Below are positions 44,385 to 52,965 of a stretch of 64,000 nt of DNA, in pieces; within the stretch, counting starts at the first letter, position 1; each line of letters begins with the position of its first letter. Under the pieces are notes generated by a model. That model had not been told where the DNA came from. It saw only the letters and a program-made list of their open reading frames with translations, and made no database searches. The stretch is from Planctomycetota bacterium. GTDB taxonomy: Bacteria; Planctomycetota; UBA8108; UBA1146. Both the position numbers and the translations under genes were made by a program. The stretch lies in NCBI GenBank assembly GCA_036338595.1, contig JAYZBV010000113.1, positions 43,216 through 107,215 of the forward strand. Reading direction: 5' to 3'.

Positions 44385-45578
44385 TTGCGTTCCATTGCCG
44401 AGTTATTGCCACTGCTGGCACCTGGTGACCCGGTGTTGCTGCGTGCCGATCTGAATGTTCCCATCGATTCGGGGACCATCACCGATAGCAATCGAATCGA
44501 GGCACTGCTGCCTTCCCTCAAGGCGTTGCAGGTGGCTGGTGCCAGGATCGTGCTGGTCTCACATCTGGGACGGCCAGCGGCTGTCGATCCGGCATTTTCC
44601 ACCGCAGTGGTGGCCACTTCCCTGCAACAGCATCTGGAAACCGAAGTGGTTCATGTCTCCGAGATTCCTGCTGGTGCCGTGGCAGCACGAGAACTGGAAT
44701 CGCTAGCTCCTGGTGGCGTCATGATGCTGGAAAATCTCCGCTTCGATCCCGGTGAAAAATCCAACGATGCTGACTTTGCCCGTTCACTGGTGACTGGTTG
44801 CCAGTATTTCGTCAACGACGCGTTCGGGTGCTGCCATCGTGCGCATGCTTCCGTCGATGCAGTGGCGGATCTACTTCCATCCTACGCAGGCTATCTTGTC
44901 GAGCGAGAAGTCGCCGTACTGACTCGACTCCGTATGGATGCGCAGCGTCCCTTCTGGATCATCGCAGGTGGCGCCAAGGTGCGTGACAAGATCGGTGTTC
45001 TCGCTCACCTCTCTGGCCAGCTCGATGGCATCATCTGTGGCGGTGGACTCGCCAATACCTTGCTGGAAGGAGAGGGCGTGGATGTGGGGGCCTCGGCGAC
45101 CGAACCTGAAGCGCTATCGAAGGTCAAGGATGTGCTGCTCGGGGGGCCAGAACTGGTGCTTCCCGTCGACTTCATTGCAGGTGACCAGCTCGCAAGACCG
45201 ACCAGGACCGAGATCGTGGCAGCGGGAACCTCTCCCGATGAGGGAATGATGTTTCTGGATATCGGTCCGGAGACCGCTCAACTCTTCTGTCAGAGACTCG
45301 AAGATGCCAGGACCATCTTCTGGAATGGCCCGCTCGGGGTCTTCGAGACGCCTGAGTTTCGAAGTGGGACCGCCTGCATCGCATCCTTTCTTGCAGCGCA
45401 TCCGGGACTGGTCGTTGTGGGAGGGGGGGACAGCGCTGCTGCTGCCCGCCAGTTCGGCATCGCGGATCGTGTCCATCATGTATCTACAGGTGGCGGCGCT
45501 GCTCTGCAGTTCCTGGAGGGCACAGAACTGCCAGGAATCGCTGCTCTCGAGCGCTCTGCAGGTGGGGAAGTGACTTGA
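44385..45578 (+). CDS. pgk: phosphoglycerate kinase
   Basis: VLLRADLNVPI, SHLGRP and GGGDSAAA motifs. A TTG at 44385 gives a family-typical length of about 397 aa; the ORF track starts at 44286. Confidence 0.92.
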   Translation: MRSIAELLPLLAPGDPVLLRADLNVPIDSGTITDSNRIEALLPSLKALQVAGARIVLVSHLGRPAAVDPAFSTAVVATSLQQHLETEVVHVSEIPAGAVAARELESLAPGGVMMLENLRFDPGEKSNDADFARSLVTGCQYFVNDAFGCCHRAHASVDAVADLLPSYAGYLVEREVAVLTRLRMDAQRPFWIIAGGAKVRDKIGVLAHLSGQLDGIICGGGLANTLLEGEGVDVGASATEPEALSKVKDVLLGGPELVLPVDFIAGDQLARPTRTEIVAAGTSPDEGMMFLDIGPETAQLFCQRLEDARTIFWNGPLGVFETPEFRSGTACIASFLAAHPGLVVVGGGDSAAAARQFGIADRVHHVSTGGGAALQFLEGTELPGIAALERSAGGEVT

Positions 45579-46333
45579 GTAGCGCAGACGAACTCGAACC
45601 TCGCCGAGAATTCGGACAGCGGATGATTGCCATCCTTTCTCGGCTGGTCGTGGACAGATTCAAGGATGGGTTGCCTGCAGACATCGAATCTGAACAACTC
45701 TTTCGGGACCAGCTCTGCGCTACATTTCCGGATGATCTGGTCGCCGGTGAGGAACTGGGAATGGACGCGGGAGCCGATCAGCAGGGCTGGCTGATTGATC
45801 CACTCGATGGCTCGACCAATCACGGCCATGGGATTCCCCTGTTTGCCGTTTCCATCGCCTACATACGCAACGGGACGGTGATTCTGGGGTGGGTCGCTGA
45901 CCCGGTCAGAGGAGAGTGGTTCGAGGCGTGGCGCGGCCACGGAATCCAACTCGGGGGGCCGAGTCCCTCACTCGCCAGTTCGATCGAGGTACCGATGCTG
46001 TCGCTGTCCGATCACTGGAGGAGACGCTATCCCGACTGGCGGTCACAGTTTCCCCCATCGATCAAGGCCAGATCGATCGGATCGATCGCTCTGGAGATGG
46101 CCTGGATCGCCTCCGGTAGGCTTCAGGGGGGCGCCTGGTACAGGACCCAGCCATGGGATGTGGCGGCGGGCGAGTTGTTGATCAGCGAGTCCGGTGGGAC
46201 AGTGACGGTGGTCCCGGACGGCGGGCCCGGGGAGCGATTCGCCCTCTCCTCGGCATCCAGTTCCCTGCTGCCCTGCTTTGAAGCGGCGCTGGCTGGACAC
46301 GGGATGGATGCACATCAAATCGATCCCGATTAG
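45575..46333 (+). CDS. inositol monophosphatase-family protein
   Basis: WLIDPLDGSTNHGHGIPLFAVSIA and WDVAAGELLISESGG motifs. Its start overlaps the pgk stop. Confidence 0.85.
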   Translation: MSSADELEPRREFGQRMIAILSRLVVDRFKDGLPADIESEQLFRDQLCATFPDDLVAGEELGMDAGADQQGWLIDPLDGSTNHGHGIPLFAVSIAYIRNGTVILGWVADPVRGEWFEAWRGHGIQLGGPSPSLASSIEVPMLSLSDHWRRRYPDWRSQFPPSIKARSIGSIALEMAWIASGRLQGGAWYRTQPWDVAAGELLISESGGTVTVVPDGGPGERFALSSASSSLLPCFEAALAGHGMDAHQIDPD

Positions 46334-46372
46334 AATCCTGGAGCGAGTGACTGAACCCGACGAGAGGCGACG

Positions 46373-46873
46373 ATGACAGAACACATCATCGAGGTGGCGA
46401 TCGATAAATTGATCGGGGTTTCCCCGGAAGGAGCCGCTGTATTCCTCAGATGCTCCGAAAAGACCTTCGTCATCTTCATCGGACCTACCGAGGGGGAAGC
46501 GTTGGCACGCGCTCTTCAAGAACAGGACACTCCGCGGCCCCTGACTCACGACCTCTTGCGATCGATCCTGATTGGATTCGATCTCAAGATCACGAAGATG
46601 GTCATCTCCGAGATCCTCGATAGCGCCTTCTGTGCCACCCTGGTCCTGGTTCACGAGGGAACCGACAAGGATGAAATGAGAGCAGAGGTGCGTATCGACT
46701 CGAGGCCCAGTGACGCATTCGTTCTTTCAGCCAGAATAGGCTTCCCGATATTTGTATCGAAAAAGGTACTCGATCAGGTCAACGATGTGACCGATCTGAG
46801 GATCTCCGATATCCCCTTGCCAGACTTCCCACCGATGTCTGAAATGGATCCCTCGGAAGATGAGGAAAACTGA
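46373..46873 (+). CDS. bifunctional nuclease (BFN/DUF151) family protein
   Basis: FVIFIGPTEGEALARALQEQDTPRPLTHDLL...IDSRPSDAFVLSARIGFPIFV. Confidence 0.8.
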   Translation: MTEHIIEVAIDKLIGVSPEGAAVFLRCSEKTFVIFIGPTEGEALARALQEQDTPRPLTHDLLRSILIGFDLKITKMVISEILDSAFCATLVLVHEGTDKDEMRAEVRIDSRPSDAFVLSARIGFPIFVSKKVLDQVNDVTDLRISDIPLPDFPPMSEMDPSEDEEN

Positions 46874-46875
46874 CG

Positions 46876-47343
46876 ATGGCGAGGACGACCGCCCGATCGA
46901 GTGCGCTTTGCTGCATCTACCTGCTGTTTGGTGGGTGTTGCCATGTCCCTGACGTGGATCGCCACTTCAGCACCGACGGTCCCTATGAGACGGTTCGTTA
47001 CTTCCGGTACGCCATCGATGCGGGGCAATACCCGGCTGCCTATCGTTGTCTAACTGGCACGAGTCAGGATCGAGTTTCTGCGCTCGCCTTCGAGGCGATG
47101 TTGCGATTCGCGGATGTACCACAACTGGGGGACATTCCCCTGAAGGAACTGCTGGTCTATTCCAGCATCGATCCTGTCACTGAACCGATCTCGGCTGGTG
47201 AGCCCGATCAGTGGGTCACTCTGATCTGGTCTTCCGAGGAGCAACTCATCGAGTACTCCTTGCTGCTTCAACCCGACTCCACAGGCCAGTGGCAGATTGA
47301 TCTGCTCCTGACCCGAGGTGTCGATCTCGGTGGAGCGATGTGA
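46876..47343 (+). CDS. hypothetical lipoprotein
   Basis: 155 aa. N-terminal LLFGGC lipobox-like signal. No recognisable domain. Tightly packed between neighbouring genes. Confidence 0.5.
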   Translation: MARTTARSSALCCIYLLFGGCCHVPDVDRHFSTDGPYETVRYFRYAIDAGQYPAAYRCLTGTSQDRVSALAFEAMLRFADVPQLGDIPLKELLVYSSIDPVTEPISAGEPDQWVTLIWSSEEQLIEYSLLLQPDSTGQWQIDLLLTRGVDLGGAM

Positions 47344-48482
47344 TGGACTCGGTCTATCTCGATTTCAATGCAACGACACCCATCCATGCTGAGATTGCTC
47401 ACCAGATGTCCGGTTGGCTCCTTGCCGGGGAACCATCCAACCCATCCAGTTTGCACAGTCACGGCAGGGAAGCGCGTCGGTTTCTCGAGGAAGCGCGCCA
47501 GCGACTTGCTACCTATCTGCGTGTGGATCCTGCAGAACTACACTTCACCAGTGGTGGCACCGAATCCAACAACCTGGCGATGTTCGGGCTGGCACCTACC
47601 GATGCTCCGCTTCATGTCGGCGCCACCGAACACCCTTCGATTCTCGAACCTGCGAAACAGCAGTGGCAGAAGGGCCGCCCCGGAGGCTTGCTCGAGGTGG
47701 ATCGCTTCGGGCGCATCCAGGAATTCGAGGTGGTGGAGGGCGCCCTCTACTCGATTCAATGGGTCAATAACGAGACCGGGATCACTCAGGACATTTCAGC
47801 CCTGGCGACACGTATTCATGATGGTGGGGGCCGGTTACACATCGACGGGGCTCAGGGATTTTTCCGCCTCGACCCGACGCTGGCTGAACTCGGCGTCGAC
47901 TCCGCATCGATCACAGCGCACAAATCCTTTGGTCCGATCGGTGTCGGCGCACTCTGGGTCAGAAGCGGAATGCTCATCGAACCGGTGATCCGAGGGGGAC
48001 CCCAAGAGAAGAAGATCAGACCCGGTACCGAGAACCTTCCAGCCATTCGAGGACTTGGACTGCTCGCAGAAATCGCCGGGCGAACTCCCCTCTGGAGTCT
48101 TGACCAGCTGAGGGATTCCAGAGCCGCTCTGGTCGCCAACCTGGAGTCGGTTCCCGACACACGCATCGTCGAGCACCAACCACAGGACTGGCCCGGCTGT
48201 CTGCACATCGGATTTCTTGGCATCCATGCCGAAACACTACTGGTCAGGCTCGATATGGCAGGGATATCCGCTTCCAGCGGTTCTGCATGCTCATCCGGAG
48301 CAAGGGAGCCGAGCCATGTACTGGCGGCGATGGGTGTCGAGCACGAATGGATCCGTGGCTCCATTCGCCTGTCGCTGGGGCCGACCTGCAGTGTTGACCG
48401 GATGGCCAGTGTGGGATCCCAGCTGGCACGAATTGTTTCAGAGCTGCGTCAAAGAGATCTCCAGTCTCCTCCCATCGCATAA
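47340..48482 (+). CDS. cysteine desulfurase (NifS/IscS-like class V aminotransferase)
   Basis: VYLDFNATTP, PLP-lysine region SITAHKSFGPIGVGAL, and catalytic loop SSGSACSSG. Confidence 0.88.
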   Translation: MMDSVYLDFNATTPIHAEIAHQMSGWLLAGEPSNPSSLHSHGREARRFLEEARQRLATYLRVDPAELHFTSGGTESNNLAMFGLAPTDAPLHVGATEHPSILEPAKQQWQKGRPGGLLEVDRFGRIQEFEVVEGALYSIQWVNNETGITQDISALATRIHDGGGRLHIDGAQGFFRLDPTLAELGVDSASITAHKSFGPIGVGALWVRSGMLIEPVIRGGPQEKKIRPGTENLPAIRGLGLLAEIAGRTPLWSLDQLRDSRAALVANLESVPDTRIVEHQPQDWPGCLHIGFLGIHAETLLVRLDMAGISASSGSACSSGAREPSHVLAAMGVEHEWIRGSIRLSLGPTCSVDRMASVGSQLARIVSELRQRDLQSPPIA

Positions 48483-48518
48483 AAAATACACCGGGGTCTC
48501 GACGTATCGAGACCCCGG
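48481..48518 (-). terminator. intrinsic terminator of the MamK-like operon (possibly bidirectional)
   Basis: Perfect 12-bp stem CCGGGGTCTCGA/TCGAGACCCCGG (48491-48518) with a 4-nt loop. On the minus strand it is followed by TGTATTTTTT (48481-48490). Confidence 0.8.
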
Positions 48519-48552
48519 CAGAGAAGGGGGGGAGTGCATTGGAATCTTCGGA

Positions 48553-49650
48553 TCACTTTCTCATCTGGCTCCAGTACTCTTCTGGCATCTCCTGGGCCAG
48601 TTTCAGTGCACCTTGCGCACCTGCGTAAACCGGATCGTCGACAATCATGACTCGGCCTCCGCCGAGTGCTTCCAGTCCCTGTTCGAGGGCTTCCTGGAGG
48701 CCAAAGACTTGCGATCCTCCGCCGCTGACGATGATCCTGTTGCGGATACGATGCTGGAATTCTGGATCGAAGGAGGCTACCAGGGATTGAATCCCTTGTG
48801 TAATCCACGGGACCAGTTCCTCGACGGCACTTCGTAGTTGCGGAGTGATGTCGATCTTGGTTGGGCAACCGGCCACGGGAAAGGTCACCAGAGCGCGATT
48901 TTCGGTATCGACCACGCTGCTGAAACGCTCCTTGGCGGTCTTGATCATGTTCGTTGTGAATTGAACCTGGGGGTGGGCCTCACGTATCAATTCTGCGAGC
49001 CGTTGATCGACATAATTTCCGGCCCGAAATACGGTGACCTGGTCTTCTACTCCGGGCAGGCTGCCTGCCATCCGGCACAGGTCGATGGTGCCAGCACCGA
49101 TGTCGATGACGATGGCATTCTCCAGAGCACCGACGGCGTATGCGACGGAAAAGGGTTCTGATACCACCATCACACCATCGATGCCTGCGTCCCTGGCCAG
49201 ATCCACGATCGCCTGCTTGTTCGCGCGTGTGGCTTCGGCTGGCGCACCGATCACGGCACAAACCGCCTGATCGGGCCTCGGATTACTGGCCTTTCGCAAC
49301 TGGGCCAGAAGCGTGACACCCGCCTTTCGCGACGCTTCCCTTTCGTTACCGCTCAACTCGGTGAACGCAAGATTTCCTGCGCTCAATGGGTAACAGGTAT
49401 TGAGTGCCAGCCGATTTTCCAGCACAGCGTCGCCCACAACGATGCTGGCGCCCAGTACCCTGGCAGATACCGAGTCCTTGGGCCAACCGACCAGGCTCGC
49501 CATCACTTCACGGGCACCATTGGAACTGGCGATGGCGCTTCGGCTCGTCCCCAGATCGATTCCAACATGCAAGATACTCGTCTTGCTGCTGACCCATGGG
49601 GCGGCCACATCTTTGTCACTGTCTTGTTGCATCTTGTTTTCCGGGGTCAT
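48553..49650 (-). CDS. actin-like ATPase, MamK-like (second actin homolog besides MreB)
   Basis: 365 aa. Phosphate-1 GIDLGTS, phosphate-2 DIGAGTIDL, adenosine motif VSGGGSQ. The blocks VGWPKD, VCAVIGAPAEATRANKQA, VVSEPFSVAYA, FRAGNYVDQRL and the C-terminal GALKLAQEMPEEYW resemble MamK as I recall it. GAAGGAAGG RBS. Confidence 0.75.
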   Translation of the reverse strand: MTPENKMQQDSDKDVAAPWVSSKTSILHVGIDLGTSRSAIASSNGAREVMASLVGWPKDSVSARVLGASIVVGDAVLENRLALNTCYPLSAGNLAFTELSGNEREASRKAGVTLLAQLRKASNPRPDQAVCAVIGAPAEATRANKQAIVDLARDAGIDGVMVVSEPFSVAYAVGALENAIVIDIGAGTIDLCRMAGSLPGVEDQVTVFRAGNYVDQRLAELIREAHPQVQFTTNMIKTAKERFSSVVDTENRALVTFPVAGCPTKIDITPQLRSAVEELVPWITQGIQSLVASFDPEFQHRIRNRIIVSGGGSQVFGLQEALEQGLEALGGGRVMIVDDPVYAGAQGALKLAQEMPEEYWSQMRK

Positions 49651-49652
49651 GA

Positions 49653-50354
49653 CTACCTTCCTTCTCGGTCCTGTGATCGTGTTTCTCCGGTTGCTGAGTC
49701 TTCTGCAAGGGATCGAAGAGCCACATTTGCCTGAAACAGTTGATCCAGGAGTTCTGATTTCTTGTTGTCAAAGGGGGACTTCACTTCTAACTCGTCGATC
49801 GCTGGATCGCCCTCGCTGGCGAGAGCGTGATCGGTCGCCTGAAGTGCAAGCGTCAATTCTTCGATCCTCATTTCGAGCCTTTCGACCTGAGTGCGTTGGG
49901 AATCTCTTACCGTGGCCAGCTCGGATCTCCAGTCGCGCGCAATCAGCCGCGACAGTTGCACGAGCAGCGCCTTCTCTCTCTGTCCAAGCGCTCCAGTGGA
50001 GGCACCTGTCGAGGGCCGTGGTTGCTGTGCTTGCGGCGCCTCGGTGGGCGCAGCAATTTCTCTCGATGGGACGGCCACTTCCGGCAGATCCGCAGGAGGC
50101 GGCGGGGGGCTGGTGGGGGGAGCCATCAGATAGCTCTGGGCTCGATCCAGCAACAGTTCCCGTTCCTCGACACTGATCTGGATCTCTTCTAGCAACTCGG
50201 TCAGCGCTCTCGCGAGTGCTTTCCTGGCCGTGTCTCGCAACTGGCTCGCAGAGACGACTCGCAACTTGTGGATGCCCTTCTTCTGAAGGTCTTGCAGTTC
50301 GTGCATGGAACTGGCTCGAAGCGACCAGGGGCTATCACTGGCTTCAGGAGTCAT
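49653..50354 (-). CDS. proline-rich coiled-coil protein, partner of the MamK-like actin (unknown family)
   Basis: 233 aa from the ATG at 50354. Helical/heptad-like segments flank a PPTSPPPPPADLP...APTEAPQAQQPRP linker. Its TAG stop lies 2 nt before the actin ATG. Confidence 0.6.
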   Translation of the reverse strand: MTPEASDSPWSLRASSMHELQDLQKKGIHKLRVVSASQLRDTARKALARALTELLEEIQISVEERELLLDRAQSYLMAPPTSPPPPPADLPEVAVPSREIAAPTEAPQAQQPRPSTGASTGALGQREKALLVQLSRLIARDWRSELATVRDSQRTQVERLEMRIEELTLALQATDHALASEGDPAIDELEVKSPFDNKKSELLDQLFQANVALRSLAEDSATGETRSQDREGR

Positions 50355-50753
50355 CTCGGTCCTTTCTGCTGCAGCCGCGGGAGTACCGCAGTGCTGGTGG
50401 AGGGGAGGCAAACGGCGTGCCCGCAACCGATCGAGGTTCCCGGCAGGATCGCCGCACCTCCCGACCCCAACTCCGTACCGATGGCGACCCGTGTGTCCCG
50501 GTTGTTGACAATCGGCAGCCTGTGTCCTATCCGAGGTGAGGGGGGGGGTGCCGAAAAGAGGGATCGGGTGCTACAATAGGACCATCTGACACGGATTCCG
50601 CGCTGGAACGGTCGTCAGTGCGAGGATGCGGTGAGTCCCGATTCGGGTCCCTCGCCACCAAACGGGCCTATAATCAGTCCCGGTGCCATCCTCTGGATCG
50701 AGTTACCAGTCGATCCTCGCCCAGGATGTGCGCGCCCGAACAGGAGTCTACTC

Positions 50754-52073
50754 ATGGTTCACCTTCGTACCCCGGTGCTTTTCATCGGCCTGCTCTTGCT
50801 GATGGTCATCTCGACACCACTCGCAGCACAGAATCCTGATTACATCTTTCATTTTGATACCAGTAGTTCAGGTCCTTCCGGTGCTGTCGTCACCACCCGA
50901 GCGTTGATCGATAACAACGGTGGAAATCTTGCAGGCTGGTCGATCGCCATCTGTCACGATTCCGCAATGGAGGTGATCGAGGCGGTCAGTGGATCCGCAC
51001 CCAATACAGCCAACGCCGGCAGCCCAGCAGATTTCGATGAGCTGAGCCTGTTTCCCGGTTTTGGAGTGCGGCAGGGTGTTGTGATCAATTTTGTCGGACA
51101 AAATGATCTTCCCATCAACACGGACCATGAGGCGATCGTGATGCAGGCACAGTTGCTGGGACCGGACGACACCTTTGCAGCCATCGATTACTGCACTGCG
51201 ATTTTTCCAGGTGACTCTTCAGAATCGGAAAATCTGGCAGTGGCTCCCGGTGGAGTGGCCATCGAACCGACGACCATCGATGGACTCATCGAGATCGGAG
51301 GATTGCTTCCTTTCGAACTGAGCGCCTCGCCCTCAGCGAGTAGCGTCGAGCAGGGACTCGATGTGGATGTCCAGATGCTGCTGGATGCTCCCGTTGAGAA
51401 TTACGGATTTTCCTTTGGCTTCGCCCACTCTGGCGAGGCGTTGATCCTACTGTCTGCCGAGGCTGGTGCCGCCCTCACAGCTCTCAATGGTGGCGACGGA
51501 CCGGAATTCCTGGCCCTGGATATCGATCCGGTGGGAGCAGACGGCCTGATCGCCGCTTGTCTCTACTCGGTCTCCGATCTGACGACGCTCCCTGCGGGCA
51601 ATGGCCAGGAGTTGATCATCGGCCACTATCAGGTTGCCGACACGGCACCGATCGGCAGCACCGCTCTTGATTTCACCGATACCCTGGTGCCGCAGGTTTC
51701 TTCACCTCCGACAGCCATCGTGGTTTCGCTCGGCCTGTCCGGATCCGTTGTCCAGACATCGGGCACCAGTATCGAGATCCTCGAGGGGGTCGTCGGTGTC
51801 CAGTTCATGCGCGGCGATTTTGATGGAAACGGCGCTCTCAACCTGGGCGATCCGGTGAATCTGCTCGATTACATGTTCAGCGGCGGAGCCGCCTCCGCTT
51901 GCGAGAAGAATGGCGATATCGATGACAGTGGCAGCATCGTGCTGGGAGATCCGGTCCTGCTGCTGACCTACATGTTCTCGGGAGGAGAGCCTCCTGCTGC
52001 GCCATTTGACGAATGTGGAATCGATCCCACCGAGGATGATCTCACCTGCGAGCAGTTTGACGCCTGTCCCTGA
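50754..52073 (+). CDS. secreted protein with two cohesin-like modules (tentative) and a C-terminal dockerin-like module
   Basis: 439 aa from the ATG at 50754 (CAGGAG upstream), with a signal peptide. The C-terminus GDFDGNGALNLGDPVNLLDYMF...GDIDDSGSIVLGDPVLLLTYMF is a duplicated dockerin Ca-loop/helix. Confidence 0.7.
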   Translation: MVHLRTPVLFIGLLLLMVISTPLAAQNPDYIFHFDTSSSGPSGAVVTTRALIDNNGGNLAGWSIAICHDSAMEVIEAVSGSAPNTANAGSPADFDELSLFPGFGVRQGVVINFVGQNDLPINTDHEAIVMQAQLLGPDDTFAAIDYCTAIFPGDSSESENLAVAPGGVAIEPTTIDGLIEIGGLLPFELSASPSASSVEQGLDVDVQMLLDAPVENYGFSFGFAHSGEALILLSAEAGAALTALNGGDGPEFLALDIDPVGADGLIAACLYSVSDLTTLPAGNGQELIIGHYQVADTAPIGSTALDFTDTLVPQVSSPPTAIVVSLGLSGSVVQTSGTSIEILEGVVGVQFMRGDFDGNGALNLGDPVNLLDYMFSGGAASACEKNGDIDDSGSIVLGDPVLLLTYMFSGGEPPAAPFDECGIDPTEDDLTCEQFDACP

Positions 52074-52137
52074 GGCGACCGGGACTTTCCAGCGCATGTG
52101 GTGTCTTCTAGGATAACTGCGAGAGGGGCACGCGCAG

Positions 52138-52515
52138 GTGGTGGAGCCGGGAGCAATCGCGATCCAATTTCCTGAGGGGGCTCGACCCGCCTCCGCACAG
52201 ACGGTGCGGGAGGCCCCTCGGGATTCTCAAACCGCCACCCGGATTCCAGCGCCGGGGTCCGTCATATCTTCAGATCCTTCTCAGGACGCCGCTGAGGTCC
52301 CCACGGTAGCGACCTTGATGCAATGGCGAGTGCGTGCGGGAGATACCGTCGAGGAGGGCCAGGAGTTGCTGCTGGTGGCTCTCGGAGATCAACTCCACGC
52401 GGTTCCCTCTCCGGTGGCGGGTATCCTTCTCGTTCACTGGTCAGAAGCGGGCGATCCGATCGGCTCCGGGGAAACCCTGGGCTGGATCCGACCGCGGCTG
52501 GCGATCCAGGACTGA
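52138..52515 (+). CDS. hypothetical protein with lipoyl/biotinyl-like barrel lacking the modifiable lysine (tentative)
   Basis: The C-terminal roughly 65 aa (WRVRAGDTVEEGQELLLVALGDQLHAVPSPVAGILL...GDPIGSGETLGWI) follow the lipoyl-domain pattern, but LGD stands where the E-x-D/M-K lysine is expected. GTG start. Confidence 0.35.
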   Translation: MVEPGAIAIQFPEGARPASAQTVREAPRDSQTATRIPAPGSVISSDPSQDAAEVPTVATLMQWRVRAGDTVEEGQELLLVALGDQLHAVPSPVAGILLVHWSEAGDPIGSGETLGWIRPRLAIQD

Positions 52516-52930
52516 ACACGTGAGGGAGCAGTGGTGGGTGGTTTCTATCCACAATTGCCGAGATGCCGGGTGCCATCGGACAATTTCCAACCGCAGTCGT
52601 AATCCCTGACTTCTTAGCACCTTAGAGTCTTGGTCCTGGACCCCATGCGAGACACTGGCCAGTATCTGATCACTCCGTCCATCTCCTGCCTCGCCCACGG
52701 TTTCCGCTAAATCGTCCTAAACTCGTTCCAAGAAGTGGCTTGGGGTGTCGTGGATGGGGAGTCGTCCGATTGGCACGGACAATGCTTATTGCTGGTGGGC
52801 TCTTTGGGACAGGGGAGCTGGAGAGATCACTCTTTACGGAGACCTCTCGTGCAAGGCCACCCACCTGCAAAGGTTCGGTGTACCTCCCCGGGGCAGCGTA
52901 GCTGCCTTCCTTGCTTCATTTCTTTCCGAG

Positions 52931-52965
52931 GAGGCGCCATTTCCCCGATGGCGCCTCTTTTTTTT
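52931..52965 (+). terminator. strong plus-strand intrinsic terminator with no adjacent plus-strand gene
   Basis: 10-bp perfect stem GAGGCGCCAT/ATGGCGCCTC, 7-nt loop, then T8 (52958-52965). Confidence 0.8.

Noticed and set aside
48553-50354. Magnetosome island
   Set aside because: Apart from the MamK-like actin, none of the neighbouring genes resembles magnetosome membrane proteins or proteases. The locus is better described as a stand-alone actin/adaptor pair.
52516-52930. tmRNA, RNase P RNA or 6S RNA in the gap before the orphan terminator
   Set aside because: There is no GGGGCUGAUUCUGGAUUCGAC-type 5' end, no tRNA-like 3' end with ACCA, and no GAGGAAAGUCCGG core. 6S RNA cannot be judged by eye. 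The interval is kept only as an unclassified ncRNA candidate.
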